Positions 21,803 to 35,108 of a stretch of 64,000 nucleotides of DNA are shown here, in pieces. Every line of letters starts with the position of its first letter. The first letter of the stretch is position 1. Location: assembly GCA_001643675.2 (NCBI GenBank), contig LSRY02000009.1, positions 806,001 through 870,000 of the forward strand. Direction: 5' to 3'. Under the pieces are notes generated by a model, which saw only the letters and a program-made list of their open reading frames with translations, was not told the origin of the DNA and searched no databases. The DNA comes from Monocercomonoides exilis PA203. Lineage: Eukaryota; Protista; Preaxostyla. A program made the translations under genes and the position numbers.

Positions 21803-22769
21803 CCAAAGGGGAATATATTAAAATGGCCGAGGAAGATATCAAAGAGAATGCCTTCAAAGAAGAAGAAGAAAGAAAGAAAGAAAAAGAAGGAAAAAAGAAG
21901 AATTTGAAGAGTATAAATGAGTTTAAATTAAAATACATATGATTTTAATAATTATTATAGAATCGCTTTTATTATTTACTCATATTTTTCTTTTTTCCTT
22001 CTATTTTTAAATTTTTTATTTTTATTTTTATTCAAATCCTGAATTGCATTCTCTTTGATTATTTTCCAGTTTTCAAAAGAAATCTTAGACTTTTTAACTT
22101 TATTTATTTTTAAATCTGAATTTATTTTTATTTTTATCTTATCTTTATCTTTATTTCAAATATTTTATGATTTTCTCATTGAAATATCAATTGATATTTT
22201 TTGGGAAGCTCTTCATTGCATTTGCGATGAAACAAGTTTTTTTTTTTTGCTTTCATTTCTTTAACTTCTTATTTTTCTTTATCTTTTTTTTCTTCTCTTT
22301 CTTCATTATATTACTGATTTGTTACAAAATGCTACAACTTTTTTGAAAGTTGTAAGTATTTTTTTCTTGTTTCTTTGGTTTGAAATTGCATTTTTCTTCT
22401 CTTTTGAAATTTAAAAAACACTTTTTTATTTTCTCTCTCTTTTTTTTTATTGAAATGGCTTTTGTAATTAAACTTCTGTGTCACTTATCTCGTCTCATCT
22501 CATCTCATTCATTCGTTCATTCATTCGATTTGATGTTCATTTTTTCAAATGACTCTAACTTTACAAAACAATTTTGCTTATTCCGATTGGAAATCAATAA
22601 AGATATTTTTCCACTTTTTCATTCAAATTCATTCAACAAAAGAAATACTTTTTTTGAATGATTTGTGAAGCAATTTGTGAAGTGTGTATTGGAAAATTGA
22701 GATGATAATCTTATTTCTCATTATTCTCGCCAAATAATAATAGACTTTGCTTTTATTTCATAGTTATTC

Positions 22770-22817
22770 TCTTTCTCTCTTTCTCTTTCTTTCTTTCTCT
22801 TTATTTATTTCTTTCTT

Positions 22818-22895
<78 letters not shown>
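22770..22895. repeat. (CTTT)n/(CT)n microsatellite
   Basis: Read directly. Confidence 0.9.
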
Positions 22896-22898
<3 letters not shown>

Positions 22899-23099
22899 CT
22901 TCATGCATTCTTCGCGCATCCAGCCACAACAACAACAACAAGAAAAAGAAGAGGAAGAAGAAGAGGAACGCGAAGAAGATAATGACCAAGAAGGAAAAAA
23001 TACATATAATTACATTTGCCGAGGAGGTGCATATGAAAACAATGATAGCTTAGACGAAGGCGATGAAGAAGAAGACGAAGATCTTATCGAGATGTCATA

Positions 23100-23650
23100 T
23101 GTTGGATATATTCTATCAGAAGATATTCTCAACATCACAACCTCATTCTCTGCTCCAGCAAGCCAAGCTTTGACGATATAGCCCAAAGACGAGGGTAAAG
23201 TGTCTTTTTATAAATTCTTTTCATCTCCAATCGCAGTGAAAATATCGGGTCCATTCTCATCGTCTTGCTCTGCAAAGATAAGATTGTCAATTTCAACAAC
23301 AAGTCTGATTTCTGCACTTTGAGGATACGGATAGAAACGTCTTCACATTATATAGATAAATACAAAATACACACATGATGATATTTTCATTCAAAATTTA
23401 AATTGTTGCATTTCGTTGTTCTTCCGATTACCAAAAATAAACAGAATGAATTTCATCACTCGCAATGTTTTTCCAGTGATTGACGTTAGCATACAAAATA
23501 ATACAATTGATTCTGAAGGATAGATTCATTCGCTGATCTCTCATCTTTCCAATGGATAATCTCGTTCAAAGAAAACAATTTGATCATTGAATCCATAACA
23601 AATAAAGAAAAATCGAAAAAGCGTTGCATTTCTTTAAAATCCTTGGCCAG
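23100..23650 (-). pseudogene. Decayed surface-protein-like fragment, head-to-head with family copy 4
   Basis: Minus frame SAEIRLVVEIDNLIFAEQDDENGPDIF aligns with SAGM*VIVEMANLRFVEQDNEKGADYY at ~28500-28580. Confidence 0.5.
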
Positions 23651-23810
23651 AATGTCAACAAAAGAAAAAACAGTATGAGCACACGTGTTTTATTTGATTG
23701 TTTTGAGTTTTTATTTTTCAACAATTTCTTCTGTTCGATCATATGCGAATTCAATGTGAATGGCTGAAATATTATTGCTTTCATGAACAATTTTTTTAAA
23801 AAAGAAAAAA

Positions 23811-25224
23811 ATGCAGGACACAGACAACACAAAAATGTTCAATAGTTTGCAATTGTTGTGCAAGTGAATATTTGCTTATTGCATTTTTTCTTTGTTTTTT
23901 ATTGAAGAATTGTTAGACGAGCTTGGAGATTGCAATGAGGAAGAGCAGAAGCAAAAAATCATTGAAATGAACAAAGCTATTGATGGAATGAACAAAGAAG
24001 AATTTAATTCTATTTTTTCAAAGGAAGTGTTCAATAAAATGGACGAAGTGATTGAAGAAGAGAAATTATCTTTGAAGAATATCATTCTGTTACTGAAGCA
24101 TGTTGGATATTGTAAAGTGCTAAAATGCTTTGAAATTTTAGTATTTTGTTATTCCGCTTTACACCTAAGAATTGTTATGATGATTGCTGACGAAAATGAA
24201 AAAAAAGAAGAAAAGAACAAAAAGCTTCTAATTGATCTTTGCGAGTGCTATCTTTTGCTAATCTACTATCCTTCACATGAATTAATATCAACTTGTGTGC
24301 CTTGTCTCCTGAAAGCTGCCTCGAAGAAAGAGGAAGATGAAGAAACACAAAAAGAAGTGGAAATTGCGTTATTGGCTTTGAGCAATACTGGACATCAAGT
24401 TTGAATATTTCCTTTATATTTTGATATTATTTATTTTTTCTTTTTTTAAATAGTTTATCGGACAAGAACTGTATTTAAATGAAATCCAAGAGATAATCCT
24501 GTATCATCAGGAATATCAGAATCTGACACGACTTGCCTATCAATCTACTTGGCAGTTTTTGAAAAGCCGATTATTCAACAACCGATGTTTGAAAAAAGTG
24601 ATTGAGGATGATCTTCATTTTGTGGAAGAGGCAACAAGAGAGTTGGACGAACTGAGAATTCTTATTGATTGGAAGAGAGCAGAAAAGAAGATATTCGAAA
24701 ATAAAACGAAAGAAGTGGTTGTTTTGAATAGATGGCTCCGAACATTGGACTCTTGCTTCAATTTATCCGAATTTCTGAAAATGGAAAATGTTGGGTTGGA
24801 TCGTTGCATTATTGAGTTATGCAGAGCATCGAGAGAATATGAAAGAGGAATAAATGAAACTTGTCTTTCGATTCTTCAGAAATCTGCGGAGCTTGGAGTT
24901 ATTGGAGCTGATGCACTATTAAAGGCAGGAGTTGCAAATCTGATTTCAGAGGAACTTCAGCGGTCAACTTTGGATGCCACAATGAAACGCAATTACTTTA
25001 TATTATTTTCGAAAATTCGGATTATATTGAAAAATTATTTTGATTTTTTTGATGTCGATAAAGCGAAAAGAAAGGAAATAAATATGGAGTTTTATGAAAA
25101 ATTGGAAGAAAATGGATATGAGGATTTAATCACAAGCTTTTATAAAACAATTTCTATTTTAGAAAGATCATATTTTTCTGCTGACTTTTCATATGAATTG
25201 ACTGATTGTTTCGTGATTGTTTGA
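23811..25224 (+). CDS. Expanded-family helical protein, copy 4 (3 exons)
   Basis: ATG at 23811 (MQDTDNTKMFN|GT...AG|LLDEL); ORFs 23892-24404 and 24559-25224; ends LTDCFVIV*. Confidence 0.8.
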
Positions 25225-26145
25225 AGAAATGCGATGTGCAATATTTCGAAACAAAGAAATATTTTTCTTTCTTTCTATCTTTCTTCTTTTTTGTAAAACT
25301 GTTCAACAAATTTTAGGGAATATTTTATTTTATTAGTCAAATGATTTTTTATGGATTGCAATTTGAATTATGAAAATGTAAATGTTTGAGAACATGAGTT
25401 TATTTCATTTTGTAACTCAAAAGTTATGTTCTATTATTTTTATTTTTTTTTATTTTTTTTTTTTTTTTTTTTTTTTTGTTTCTGAAAAGAAAGAGGATGC
25501 TGACAAATAACGAATTCCAATAATTAGGAATATCGAGTAATTGAGAAAGAATAGTGAAAAGTCTAAAAACAAAAATAATTACAAACAAACAAAAACATCA
25601 TTTAGTAATTTCTTAACATATAGTTATTCTTTCGAAAGTTTACGTGAAAATACTCAGAAACATTTATCTTTTTTTCAACTTATAAAATTTTATTGTTTTT
25701 CGCTTCGGCTTCTCTGCATTGAGACAAAAACAAGAATTTTTGGAAAAAATATTCAATCAAAAGAGCAATGAGTTTCAGCACAATAAATAAGTTAATCTGT
25801 GACTTTTTCTTTTATTGCTTCAAGCTTACAAACAAATGCAAAAGTCAAAATTATTTCACAAGAAGAAATCCAATTTATCTTTTTCAGAAAAAAAAACTCT
25901 ATGCTTATAAAATATCCAAAAAATCTAAAAATATAATCTTGAAATTAAAAAAAGCAAAGACAACAAATCCATTCAACGCACAAAAAAGTTCATTTCAAAA
26001 CATCAATCTTATCCGGTTCATTTAAATGTGCCATTCAATTTCAACTATTCAAAAAAGAAATAAAATGTATTTTATATTAATACCAATCCAAGAAATTGGA
26101 GAAGCTTAATCAAAAAGAGTTTGAGAAAAATAATGAAAATCTTTT

Positions 26146-27340
26146 CTAAAGAAGCGAAGAAGAAAACAGCAAAAGAATTAAACCTAAAACGATGCTTATC
26201 TTATGTGGAATATTCACGTGAAATGATCCTCCAACGTCTCCACGAGTCTCAACAGTTGCAGAGAAGAAAAGAGCAGCCAAGTGATCTTTCGTTGAAAGTT
26301 TGGATGAAATTGCAACGCGATATGTGTCTCTGATAGCAAGAGGAACAGAGTTTGAAGTTGCTTCAAAATGATCAGAAAGGCTTGCAGTACTGGCATCTGC
26401 GTAATAATCAACTGCGCTATCAGAAGAATGTTCCAGCTTCTCTTGATCTTTAACAAGCCAATACTCAATTTCACTTGAGTCCTTTGAATTCAGAGGCGAT
26501 ACACCCCATCCAAGCACAGTAACCGAGCGGGTGATCTTTTCGTTTGCGTCCTTTGAGTTTGGAGTGAATGCATTTGCATTTTCTGCTGTATTATCATTTT
26601 CTCCGAGAACAGACATTTCGTAATTCCATCCTGCGATTAAAGTGTCGATTTCTTTTTGTTCAACGGTGAATGTGATAACGCATGGTCCATGTTTCATAAT
26701 GTATCCCTTCAACTCCTCTGTTGATGCATCCACAACTTTCACAAATGCCAATTGATCTCCATTTTGCACAACCAAAGAGCTGTTAACGGCATTTACCTCA
26801 AAAGCATCTGATTTGCTTGAGCAGATGCCTCAGTTATTCGACGCATATTTTTTCGCTCAAGCATGAATTCTTATCACGTGTTACTAAATTGTCTATTCGA
26901 CCGGCTGTGTCTGATGTGCAGCGAATTTGGCATTTCTTTACAATTCGTAGAGAGCCATCGAGGCAATCAATCCCAACAAAGCAGTGCTTCACTACAGACG
27001 AAAGAGCTGTGAGCCCAATGCCCTTGCACGACGAGGAGGGCTCTCTGCTTTCTCCTCTTTTGTTGAACAACTCTGGCAGACAAGAAAGAGAATAATGAAG
27101 AGAAATTGATTGGTTGGCTCTGAAATGCGCAAAGAGTGAGAAGGATATCGCATCTGCAGCTGATCTCAATTGGGACGTGGACACTTTGTGGCAAGAAGAA
27201 TCAAGTGTTGTGAAAAGACGGAAATATGGGTGGAAGAAGAGCTCATATTCTGACATCACAGAATTGTTCACTGGAAATGCAGAAGCTCCTTGATTATTCC
27301 AAAGAAAAGGCTTTTGCTGAGAAGAAAATATTTTGTGCAT
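26146..27340 (-). pseudogene. Papain-family (C1A) peptidase homolog, catalytic motifs substituted, frameshifted, hydrophobic C-terminal tail
   Basis: ISLHYSLSC...SCKG, IMKHGPCVITFTV, RSVTVLGWG and EYWLVKDQ follow the C1A motif order. ORFs 26834-27340 and 26146-26775 are out of frame. Ends ISIVLGLILLLFSSSLL*. Confidence 0.65.
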
Positions 27341-27386
27341 TTGAAATCTGTTTAATGAAGTTGTGGATTCAAATGCAGAATTAATA

Positions 27387-27568
27387 GAAGAAGAAGAAGA
27401 AGAAGAAGAAGAAGAAGAAGAAGAAGAAGAAGAAGAAGAAGAAGAAGAAGAAGAAGAAGAAGAAGAAGAAGAAGAAGAAGAAGAAGAAGAAGAAGAAGAA
27501 GAAGAAGAAGAAGAAGAAGAAGAAGAAGACGAAGAAGAAGAAGGTGGAGAAGAAGAAGAAGAGGAAGA
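27387..27568. repeat. Long nearly pure (GAA)n tract (~140 bp pure)
   Basis: Read directly. Confidence 0.95.
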
Positions 27569-28349
27569 ATACTATTGGCATATTGAAGCAGACGAAATGG
27601 GGCTGCCAAGGAAGGAAGGGACGCTCATCTTTCTGTGCTTGAAGGACATGGCTCATCGGCCTGTTTGATTATAATGAATCAAATGCCAACGAGATTGCGG
27701 ATGAGGAAGATAAATCCATATGAAAACGAAGAGAATGAGTTGGCTGTGCTTCAACAGAGAAGAGGAAGATGGATGGAAAGGTTGGCATTCATTCATCAAC
27801 ACTTATGATGCAGATGACAATGCTTCTGAAATGCATTCTATGATGCTCAACGCACAAAATTCAATGGACCATGCACAAACATAGAAGCTGAGCGAAACAA
27901 CAACTTCATTGAAAAACAAACGATGAAAACAAAAACCATCAAATTCTCTTTCATCGGCTGTGGAGATAAAGAAATCAAACTTCGAATGATAATCATCTTG
28001 CTCGCTCAAAATGGCTGTCCCTTCGAAGAATGAAATTCAGATGCAATTTGGCAGAATGCTGTTCAACTGCAAGCTAATATTCGACAATTGGATGTCTCGT
28101 AGTTGGCGTTTCTCCACTCTTTTGAAGCAAAAGCGGAATCAGAAATAGAAATTCGCAGCCTTCCATATCTGTCTGGCACAGTTCGAGAAACAGGAAAACT
28201 TTAAAAATATGAATGATATTTTGAACTTCTCTTTTTTTTCATTGAATTCTTGCCTTTTTTTTTGTGATAAATATCCTTCCCTCGATATTGCCAGCAAATA
28301 CCTTTGTCAAAAATATCACAAACTGCTCACCCTGCCTTATGTTACTAAA

Positions 28350-28900
28350 TTCTATATAATTTTGTGAAGATTTTGTCATTCACAGAATTCCATCTTCCTT
28401 TGTCTTCATTCAATAAAACAACAGTTAAATCTGTTTTCCCTCTTGCCCCAAATAAAAATCATATATCTTCCGTAACTTCATTTATTTTCCAATGTCTATA
28501 TAATAATCTGCTCCTTTCTCATTGTCTTGCTCAACAAAGCGGAGATTGGCCATTTCAACAATAACTCACATTCCTGCACTTTGGAAAGGATACGGATGGA
28601 AATATCTTCACAACATATAGAACAACAAAAATTACATACATTATGTCTTTTTGTGTTATTAATCATATTGTTGCATTCCCCTTAGCCATCCAATTAACAA
28701 AACTCATCAGACAGAATTTAAAAATCGATGCATCTCCACCATTGTCTGTTATCTCCACAGGAAATAATATTCCTAGCTCTTCAGGAAATGTTCACTCACG
28801 GAATCTCAATCGGTGCATGAATAATCCAGTTCAAAGATAATTATTCGATCAATGAATCCATTATAAATAAAGACAAGAGATAAAGTGTTGATTTTCTTGA
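28350..28900 (-). pseudogene. Decayed surface-protein-like fragment, head-to-head with family copy 5
   Basis: Nucleotide and protein similarity to 23100-23650 (ctgcacttt...aggatacggat.gaaa..tcttcaca). Confidence 0.5.
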
Positions 28901-29057
28901 TAATTACTTGTTAAAAATATAACACTAAAAGGATGGAGTATGGGATCCAATTTTTATATTGACGATAAGATTTTATTGTGGATTTTAATTTTTTCTGTAA
29001 TGTTGTGTTTTGTTTTTCATGCAAATGTTCAAAATGAGAATTTTTGCTGATTGCAAC

Positions 29058-30490
29058 ATGGCTATGGAAATATGTGGGATAGCTGTCACCGAAAAGTTCA
29101 CTGGTTTGCATCCATTGTTATGTTTGAATTCCAGATGATTAGATATTCTTTTTTTCTATATTTTTATATTTGAAGAGTTGCTTTCTGAGCTTGAAGATTG
29201 CAATGATTACAAGCAGAAGCAAAAAGTCATTGAAATGAACAAAACTATTGATGGGATGAACGAAGAAGAATTTAGATCCATTTTCACGATTGAGATGTTT
29301 GACAAAATGGACAAAATGATAGAAGAAAAGAAAATGTCAATGAAAAATGCAATTTTGCTGCTGAATCATGTTGGATATAGCAATGTGCTGAAAAACATAT
29401 GGAATCTGAATTTTAAATATACTTTGTTGTACAAAAGATTTGAGAGGATGATTATTGAAGAGGAAAAGAAAGTAGAAAAGAATGAAAAGCTTCTTGCAAA
29501 TCTTTGTGAATGTTATATTTTACTTAGCAACCGGGTTAATTCGGAATTGATATTAATATGTGTGCCTTGCCTTCTGAAAGCTGCGTCTGTCAAAGAGGAA
29601 GATGAAGAAACACAAAAAGAAGTGGAAATTGCGTTATTGGCTTTGGGCAACATATACAAAAAAAATGAAGTATGCGCATTTTCACTTTCTTTTTGATGTC
29701 TTCACTTTTTTTCATTTTTTCTTTTAAGTTTATGTCTGAAGAATTGTATTTGAAGGAAATGAAAGAAATCATCCAACACCATCAGGAATATCACGATCTT
29801 ACTCGGCTTGCCTATCAGTCTGCTTGGGGTTTTTTGATAGAAAGATTATACAACGATGGAACGTTACAAATAATTATTGTGAATGAGCTGCATTTTGTGA
29901 GGGAAGCAGCAAGAGAACTGGAAGAACTGTCGAAATGTGTGGATTGTGAGAGAAAAGAAGAAGGTGGGGGAGAAAAAGTTAGGAAAGAAGTGGATGTAAT
30001 AGAGAGATGGCTTATGGTGATTATATCTTTTTTTTTCGAATGTGTATTGCCAAATGTGAAATTTGTTGAACTTATCAGCAGCGTTGGGAGTGTATTCCGA
30101 GTTGCAAAGGATAATTATGGAGGAATTTGTTATCTATGCATTTGTTCATTGAGAACAGCAGCGAGAAATAGAGCCGTGAAGATTGAAGACTTGTTGGAAA
30201 GCGAAGCTGTTGATGTTGCTTTAGAAGAGATTGCACAATCACGTGTGTTCGATAAACAAACTTCGGATTTGTTGGAATTTTTCAAAAGCCTTTGCGAAAG
30301 ATTGAAAGGAAGGATTGCAAAGAAGGAAGAGAAGGATAAGAAAAAAGAGTTGAAAAGGAAAGTGCATGAAAAGATGGAAGAAGAAGGATACGAAGATTGT
30401 ATCATCAGATTCAGTTGTTGCAAGATTAAAAAACTATTATATGAATTATTTTTAGTTGAAAATATTGATGATTTTTTTGTTTATTGCTGA
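29058..30490 (+). CDS. Expanded-family helical protein, copy 5 (3 exons)
   Basis: ATG at 29058 (MAMEICGIAVTEKFT|GT); ORFs 29178-29696 and 29672-30490 with family motifs. Confidence 0.85.
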
Positions 30491-30907
30491 TCCGTTGGCT
30501 TTTTGATTCATCCTGTGTTTTTGCCTTTGAACTTCATTTGATTTGAACAAAATACTTGTTCTTCTTTTTTTTCTGTTTTCAAGAAAAGTTAATTTTCTTT
30601 TTTTCGAAAAGCAACTTTATTCCACTTCTGGATTTGTTTTTTTTAAACATTTCAGATGCAATAAAGAGAGCTTTATTGATTTCTTCCAGGCATATTTCAT
30701 CTTCTTTTTCATCTTCTTCAAGAATACTAAATATTTAAAACAACCATTTGTGATTCCTTCCTCCTCCTTTCTTTCTTTCTTTTCTTTGTTGCTTTTCAAA
30801 GAAGCAAGTTGAAAACAGACAAAAAAAAAGGTTCAAATGCTTGCAAAATCAATAAATGAGAAAATATAAAGAAAGAGTTTTTGATTCGCAAAAATCAATG
30901 CAATTTC

Positions 30908-32340
30908 TCAAATATTCACAAAATAATCTGAAATATTCGATAATATGTCATGATAATGTTTTCTGTTAAAAAAACCTATCACTTCAGAGAAGCTTGTGAC
31001 GATGTCTTCGTATCCTTCTTCTTCCATCTTACCAAATATCTCGATTTTCATCAACTTTCTTTTAGCTTCTTCCTTTTCATCACCCTTCTTCCTTTTCAAT
31101 CGGCATGAAATCAAATCGAAAAATACAAACAAATCCCAAACTCTTCCATCTTTCAACGTTGATTGAATAATTTCCTCCATAAAAGCATCAACTGCTCCGC
31201 CATTCAGTAAGTCTTTCACACCCCTTTTGTCCTCTGTAAGTATCAATAAATGAATGCACTGATCGTTGATTTCTCCGTAATTATCTTTTGCTGCTCGAAA
31301 AACCTGAACAATGCTGCTGACAAGTTCGGCAAACCCTTCATTCCACACTTGGCACAAACTGAAGTAAAATTCCAATATTTGCAGCCAACCCAATATTATG
31401 CCCATCTCTTTCTTTTCTTTTCCTCCTCCTCCTTCTTCCTTTGCCTTCCAATCAATGCATTTCGAAAGCTCATCCAATTCACTTCTTGCCTTTCTCACGA
31501 AACCCAGCTCTTTCACAAAAACTTCTTCCAGGTATCTGTCGTTGAGTAATCTGTCAATTAAAAACTTCCATGCCGACTGATACGCAAGTCGCGTCAAATT
31601 GTGATGTTCCTGGTGATAATGGATTATTTCTGTCATTTCGTTCAAATACAGTTTTTTTCTATTTTCTATTTAAAAAAAATTACAAAAAGAAAGCGAAAAA
31701 ACTCACACATGATATCCGAAGCAATTCGAGGCAAGCAAAGCCATTTCCACTTCCTTTTGAACTTTCTCGTTTTCCTCTTTGTTCAAAGCAACTTTCAGAA
31801 TGCATGATGCACAGATCGAAAGAAATTCGAGTGAAACCCTACCATTAAGCAAAAGATAGCATTCGCAAAGGTCATCCAGCAGTCTTTCATCCCTTTCCTC
31901 CTTTTTCTTGTATTCTTCAACAATCATCTTTTCGAATCTTTTCGCACAAAGATGAACCCATGAACCACGTGGAATGTTTTCCTTCCAGTATTTTGCGGAT
32001 TCCAATCTTCTTTCGTAACCCCAAAAAATATCTAAAATTTCGTTTTTTTCATATTTATCAATTTTTCCATCAATTTGAAGACTTTTTCAGTGACGGTGCA
32101 TTCTAACTCTTTTTCTTCTTCCATCGTATCCATATATTTATGCAATTCAATGAGCATCAGCTTTTGAATGCCTGCTTTGTAATCATTCAATTCATGAAGC
32201 ATTTCTGATACACAAAAAATAGAACGAAAAACGTGTGCAAAATGCGATCATTTCTTTGCAAGCATTATAAATAGACACACGTGTAAATTTTTCTTTGAAA
32301 CTGTAACTCTGAGTTTCATCAGATTCAACACGAATTTTCT
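30908..32340 (-). pseudogene. Expanded-family helical protein, copy 6 (exon 3 intact, exon 2 frameshifted, start unclear); convergent with copy 5
   Basis: ORF 30908-31645 ends ISDYFVNI*; frame breaks near 32110 and ~31960; exon-1-like SFKEKFT|GT at ~32280. Confidence 0.75.
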
Positions 32341-33266
32341 GATTAACAAAAAAAAAAGAGAATAAAAATAGCAATTAAAAAGCAAGTGTTTATTGGCTTT
32401 ATTTCAAAATAGCAAAGGAAATCGCAGAAACTTGCCTCAAAATCATTCTTATTTTGAAATCAAATGGGACGAAATTTTTTGTTTTATGAATTTTGTCCAC
32501 ACAGTTCTTTCAAAGATTTTTCTTGATTTTTTATATTTCCATATTCAATATATCGCTATAATGTGCGAATTATAACTATTCGATAGCAGAAAAAGTTTGG
32601 AACAAATCATTGAATTTTTCATAAATTCAAAAATTCTGTCCCAAATCTTTGAGATTTTTCGTTAACAAAAATAATATGGGATGAAAAAATTTTAAAAATA
32701 GAAATATAACTCTATCAAGTATCGAAAGTGTTTGAACAGCACAATAGAAATGCGAAATGACAATTGTGGAATTGTTATCCGATATTTGCAACTGCATTTG
32801 TTCAAATCATGGAAACGAAAAACTCTGTTTATTAAAAAACAATTGTTAAAAATGAAACATACATATCCGAATGAATGTGAATTTTCATTTTGTATCAAGA
32901 AAATTAATTAACCAATAAAAAAAGAAAGAAAAATTGTCAAAATAATACCAGAAACAAACTCGAGTTTTTTAATAAAAAATTGTTATAAATTAACATTTCT
33001 CACACATATAAACAAAGTCCAAAATTCTTAATAAAAAAGACTTCACAAAAACGAAAATATAATTTTAATCACTCCAATAATTACAGATTTACAAAAATAT
33101 AAAAAATAAATCAATAATAATAAGCTAATTTATATCATAAATAAAATGAATAATAATAAATATTTTCGTTTTAAAAACATGCAAAAATATACAGAAACAT
33201 ACAAAAACATACAAAAAAAATAAAAAAATTAAAAGTACATTTTTCAGCACTATTGAAGAATCAAAT

Positions 33267-35108
33267 TCACTCCTCTTGAAAAGGCTCTTGTGAATCTGAA
33301 GGAATATCAATCTGTTTTGTGGTTGTTCCGTAATCAGAAACATAGCCTGAGATATTTGCATTCTCCTCTTTTCTCCTCATCCCCCTCTGAAAGTCTGAAT
33401 TTATCGAAGTTAAAAGACTCTTCCTTTCTTCGCATTCAGTTAGCAGCATATTCTTCCTCCATCGTCTTCGCATAAAAAACAATGCCACTGCAAACCCAAC
33501 ACCAACAACTACAGTAGAAACAGCAATAATAATTATTATCATTGTATCCTCAACCACACCAGAATTATTTCCTTCGCTCACACACAATGGAACTGTTGTC
33601 AAATCTTTGTTGAATGCATTTTTAGTTGAAAACTTCAGCACAACATACACATCTGATCCATCAGCACGCTCCATGGCATCAAAAGGAAATATCGCACAAA
33701 CTGCATTCTCATTGCTGCAGTTCAATTTATCTGCCACTGCAATCTCTGCAAATTCGTCTGTGAATTTTCCGGCATTAGTCTGGTTTGCGAGCAGCACCAT
33801 CAAAAGATTGCAATTCAGAAGACATTTTCCTGTCAGAGTCACTTCATATCCCTCTCTGCTCTTCACCTTTGACACATTCACAGGCTGAGGTGTAAACAAA
33901 CTCGACATCATATTAGAGGGGAAACCAACAAGCGAGCAGCTGTTGTTTTCAATCCAGAAATTCTTTGGTAATTCTTCTCCAATTTCTTCAAAGATTCTGC
34001 TTTTTCCTCTTTTGTCACCATGCTCTGAATAAGTTGTATACCTATCGCCTTTTATAAGCTCAATAGAACCTTTATCATCATTTTCCTGTGCTGTGTCGCT
34101 TTTGCAGATGATATTGTGTGCAACACTCGGAAACTCAGTCAATTCCACTGAATTCCCTTTTATTGACCTAACATCAAAAGACAAATAGCTGTTTTCAGAG
34201 TTAATCGCACCAACTAGCTTAGTTCTGAATGTAGTATTTTGCACAAAAGCAGAACAACTAAAAATACTCACAAAGGAACTTGCCCAAGTGCAGATAGTAT
34301 TTGCTTCATTTTTCTGCACATTGTCTACTAAAGAAAGTGCCTTTTCAAATAAAAAGCAGCAGTTTTGAATGAGAACAATGCCAAATCCGTTTATTGACAA
34401 AAAGAATCCATTTCCGGGCTCCTTTGAACATTGGGAAATGCTTGTGTCAATCAACTGGAGGGAAACACTCAGAGAAAAATGAGAATGAAAATGTGAATAA
34501 GGAATCTGCTAATGAAGTGAAAACCGTTGTCGATATTAAACAGATGAAAATGATGATGATGACACAGTAACTAGAACAGAAGGATTCAAAACAGGAGAAT
34601 CACTTTTCATGGACACAAACGAATTTACTTCCATCGAATCTATCCGCGATAAAACCGAGATGTTCTTGAGCTGTAAAAGGCTTCCTGTTTTGGCAATTGA
34701 GCAGCCTAATTGTTGTTTTCTTGAAAAAACAATGCAACTAATAACAGAAACATTCGAAAAGCCATCTTGCCAAATCGTGGAATCCCTGTAGCTGGAAATA
34801 ATGCATTCTCTTTCGATAAATATAGACGAGTTTGTAATTCTCATTTTCGTTAGCAAACAGCTCATTTCGTTGATTTCATGTCTATTCAAACCTGTAAAAT
34901 ATTTTCCCAAAATTTTCGTGTTGTCCCTTATGAGTCGTGCATTAATTAATCTATTCTTCAGTGTGTTATCGAAATATAATGATGAGTTCTGCTTCAGATC
35001 CTCAAAAGCGCATTTTGAATCTTTTTTAAAAACAATCGATTCATAGTTGGATTCAGAGTAAATAAAACGACCAACAGTATTTAAAATGATGATACACTTT
35101 TTGAGCAA
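33267..35108 (-). CDS. Type-I membrane protein (probable phase-0 intron 34541-34455; 5' end uncertain)
   Basis: Two ORFs in the same frame separated by an 87-nt GTTTAA...CCAG segment; TM IIIIIAVSTVVVGVGFAVALFF followed by MRRRWRK. Confidence 0.7.

Noticed and set aside
27352-27668. Poly-E/L/F ORFs
   Set aside because: Artefact of the (GAA)n tract.
13780-35108. Alternative genetic code (TAA/TAG = Gln, as in some oxymonads and hexamitids) to explain in-frame stops
   Set aside because: The 725-, 1024- and 1596-aa ORFs have no internal TAR and end in TAG/TAA; broken genes also have TGA stops and frameshifts.
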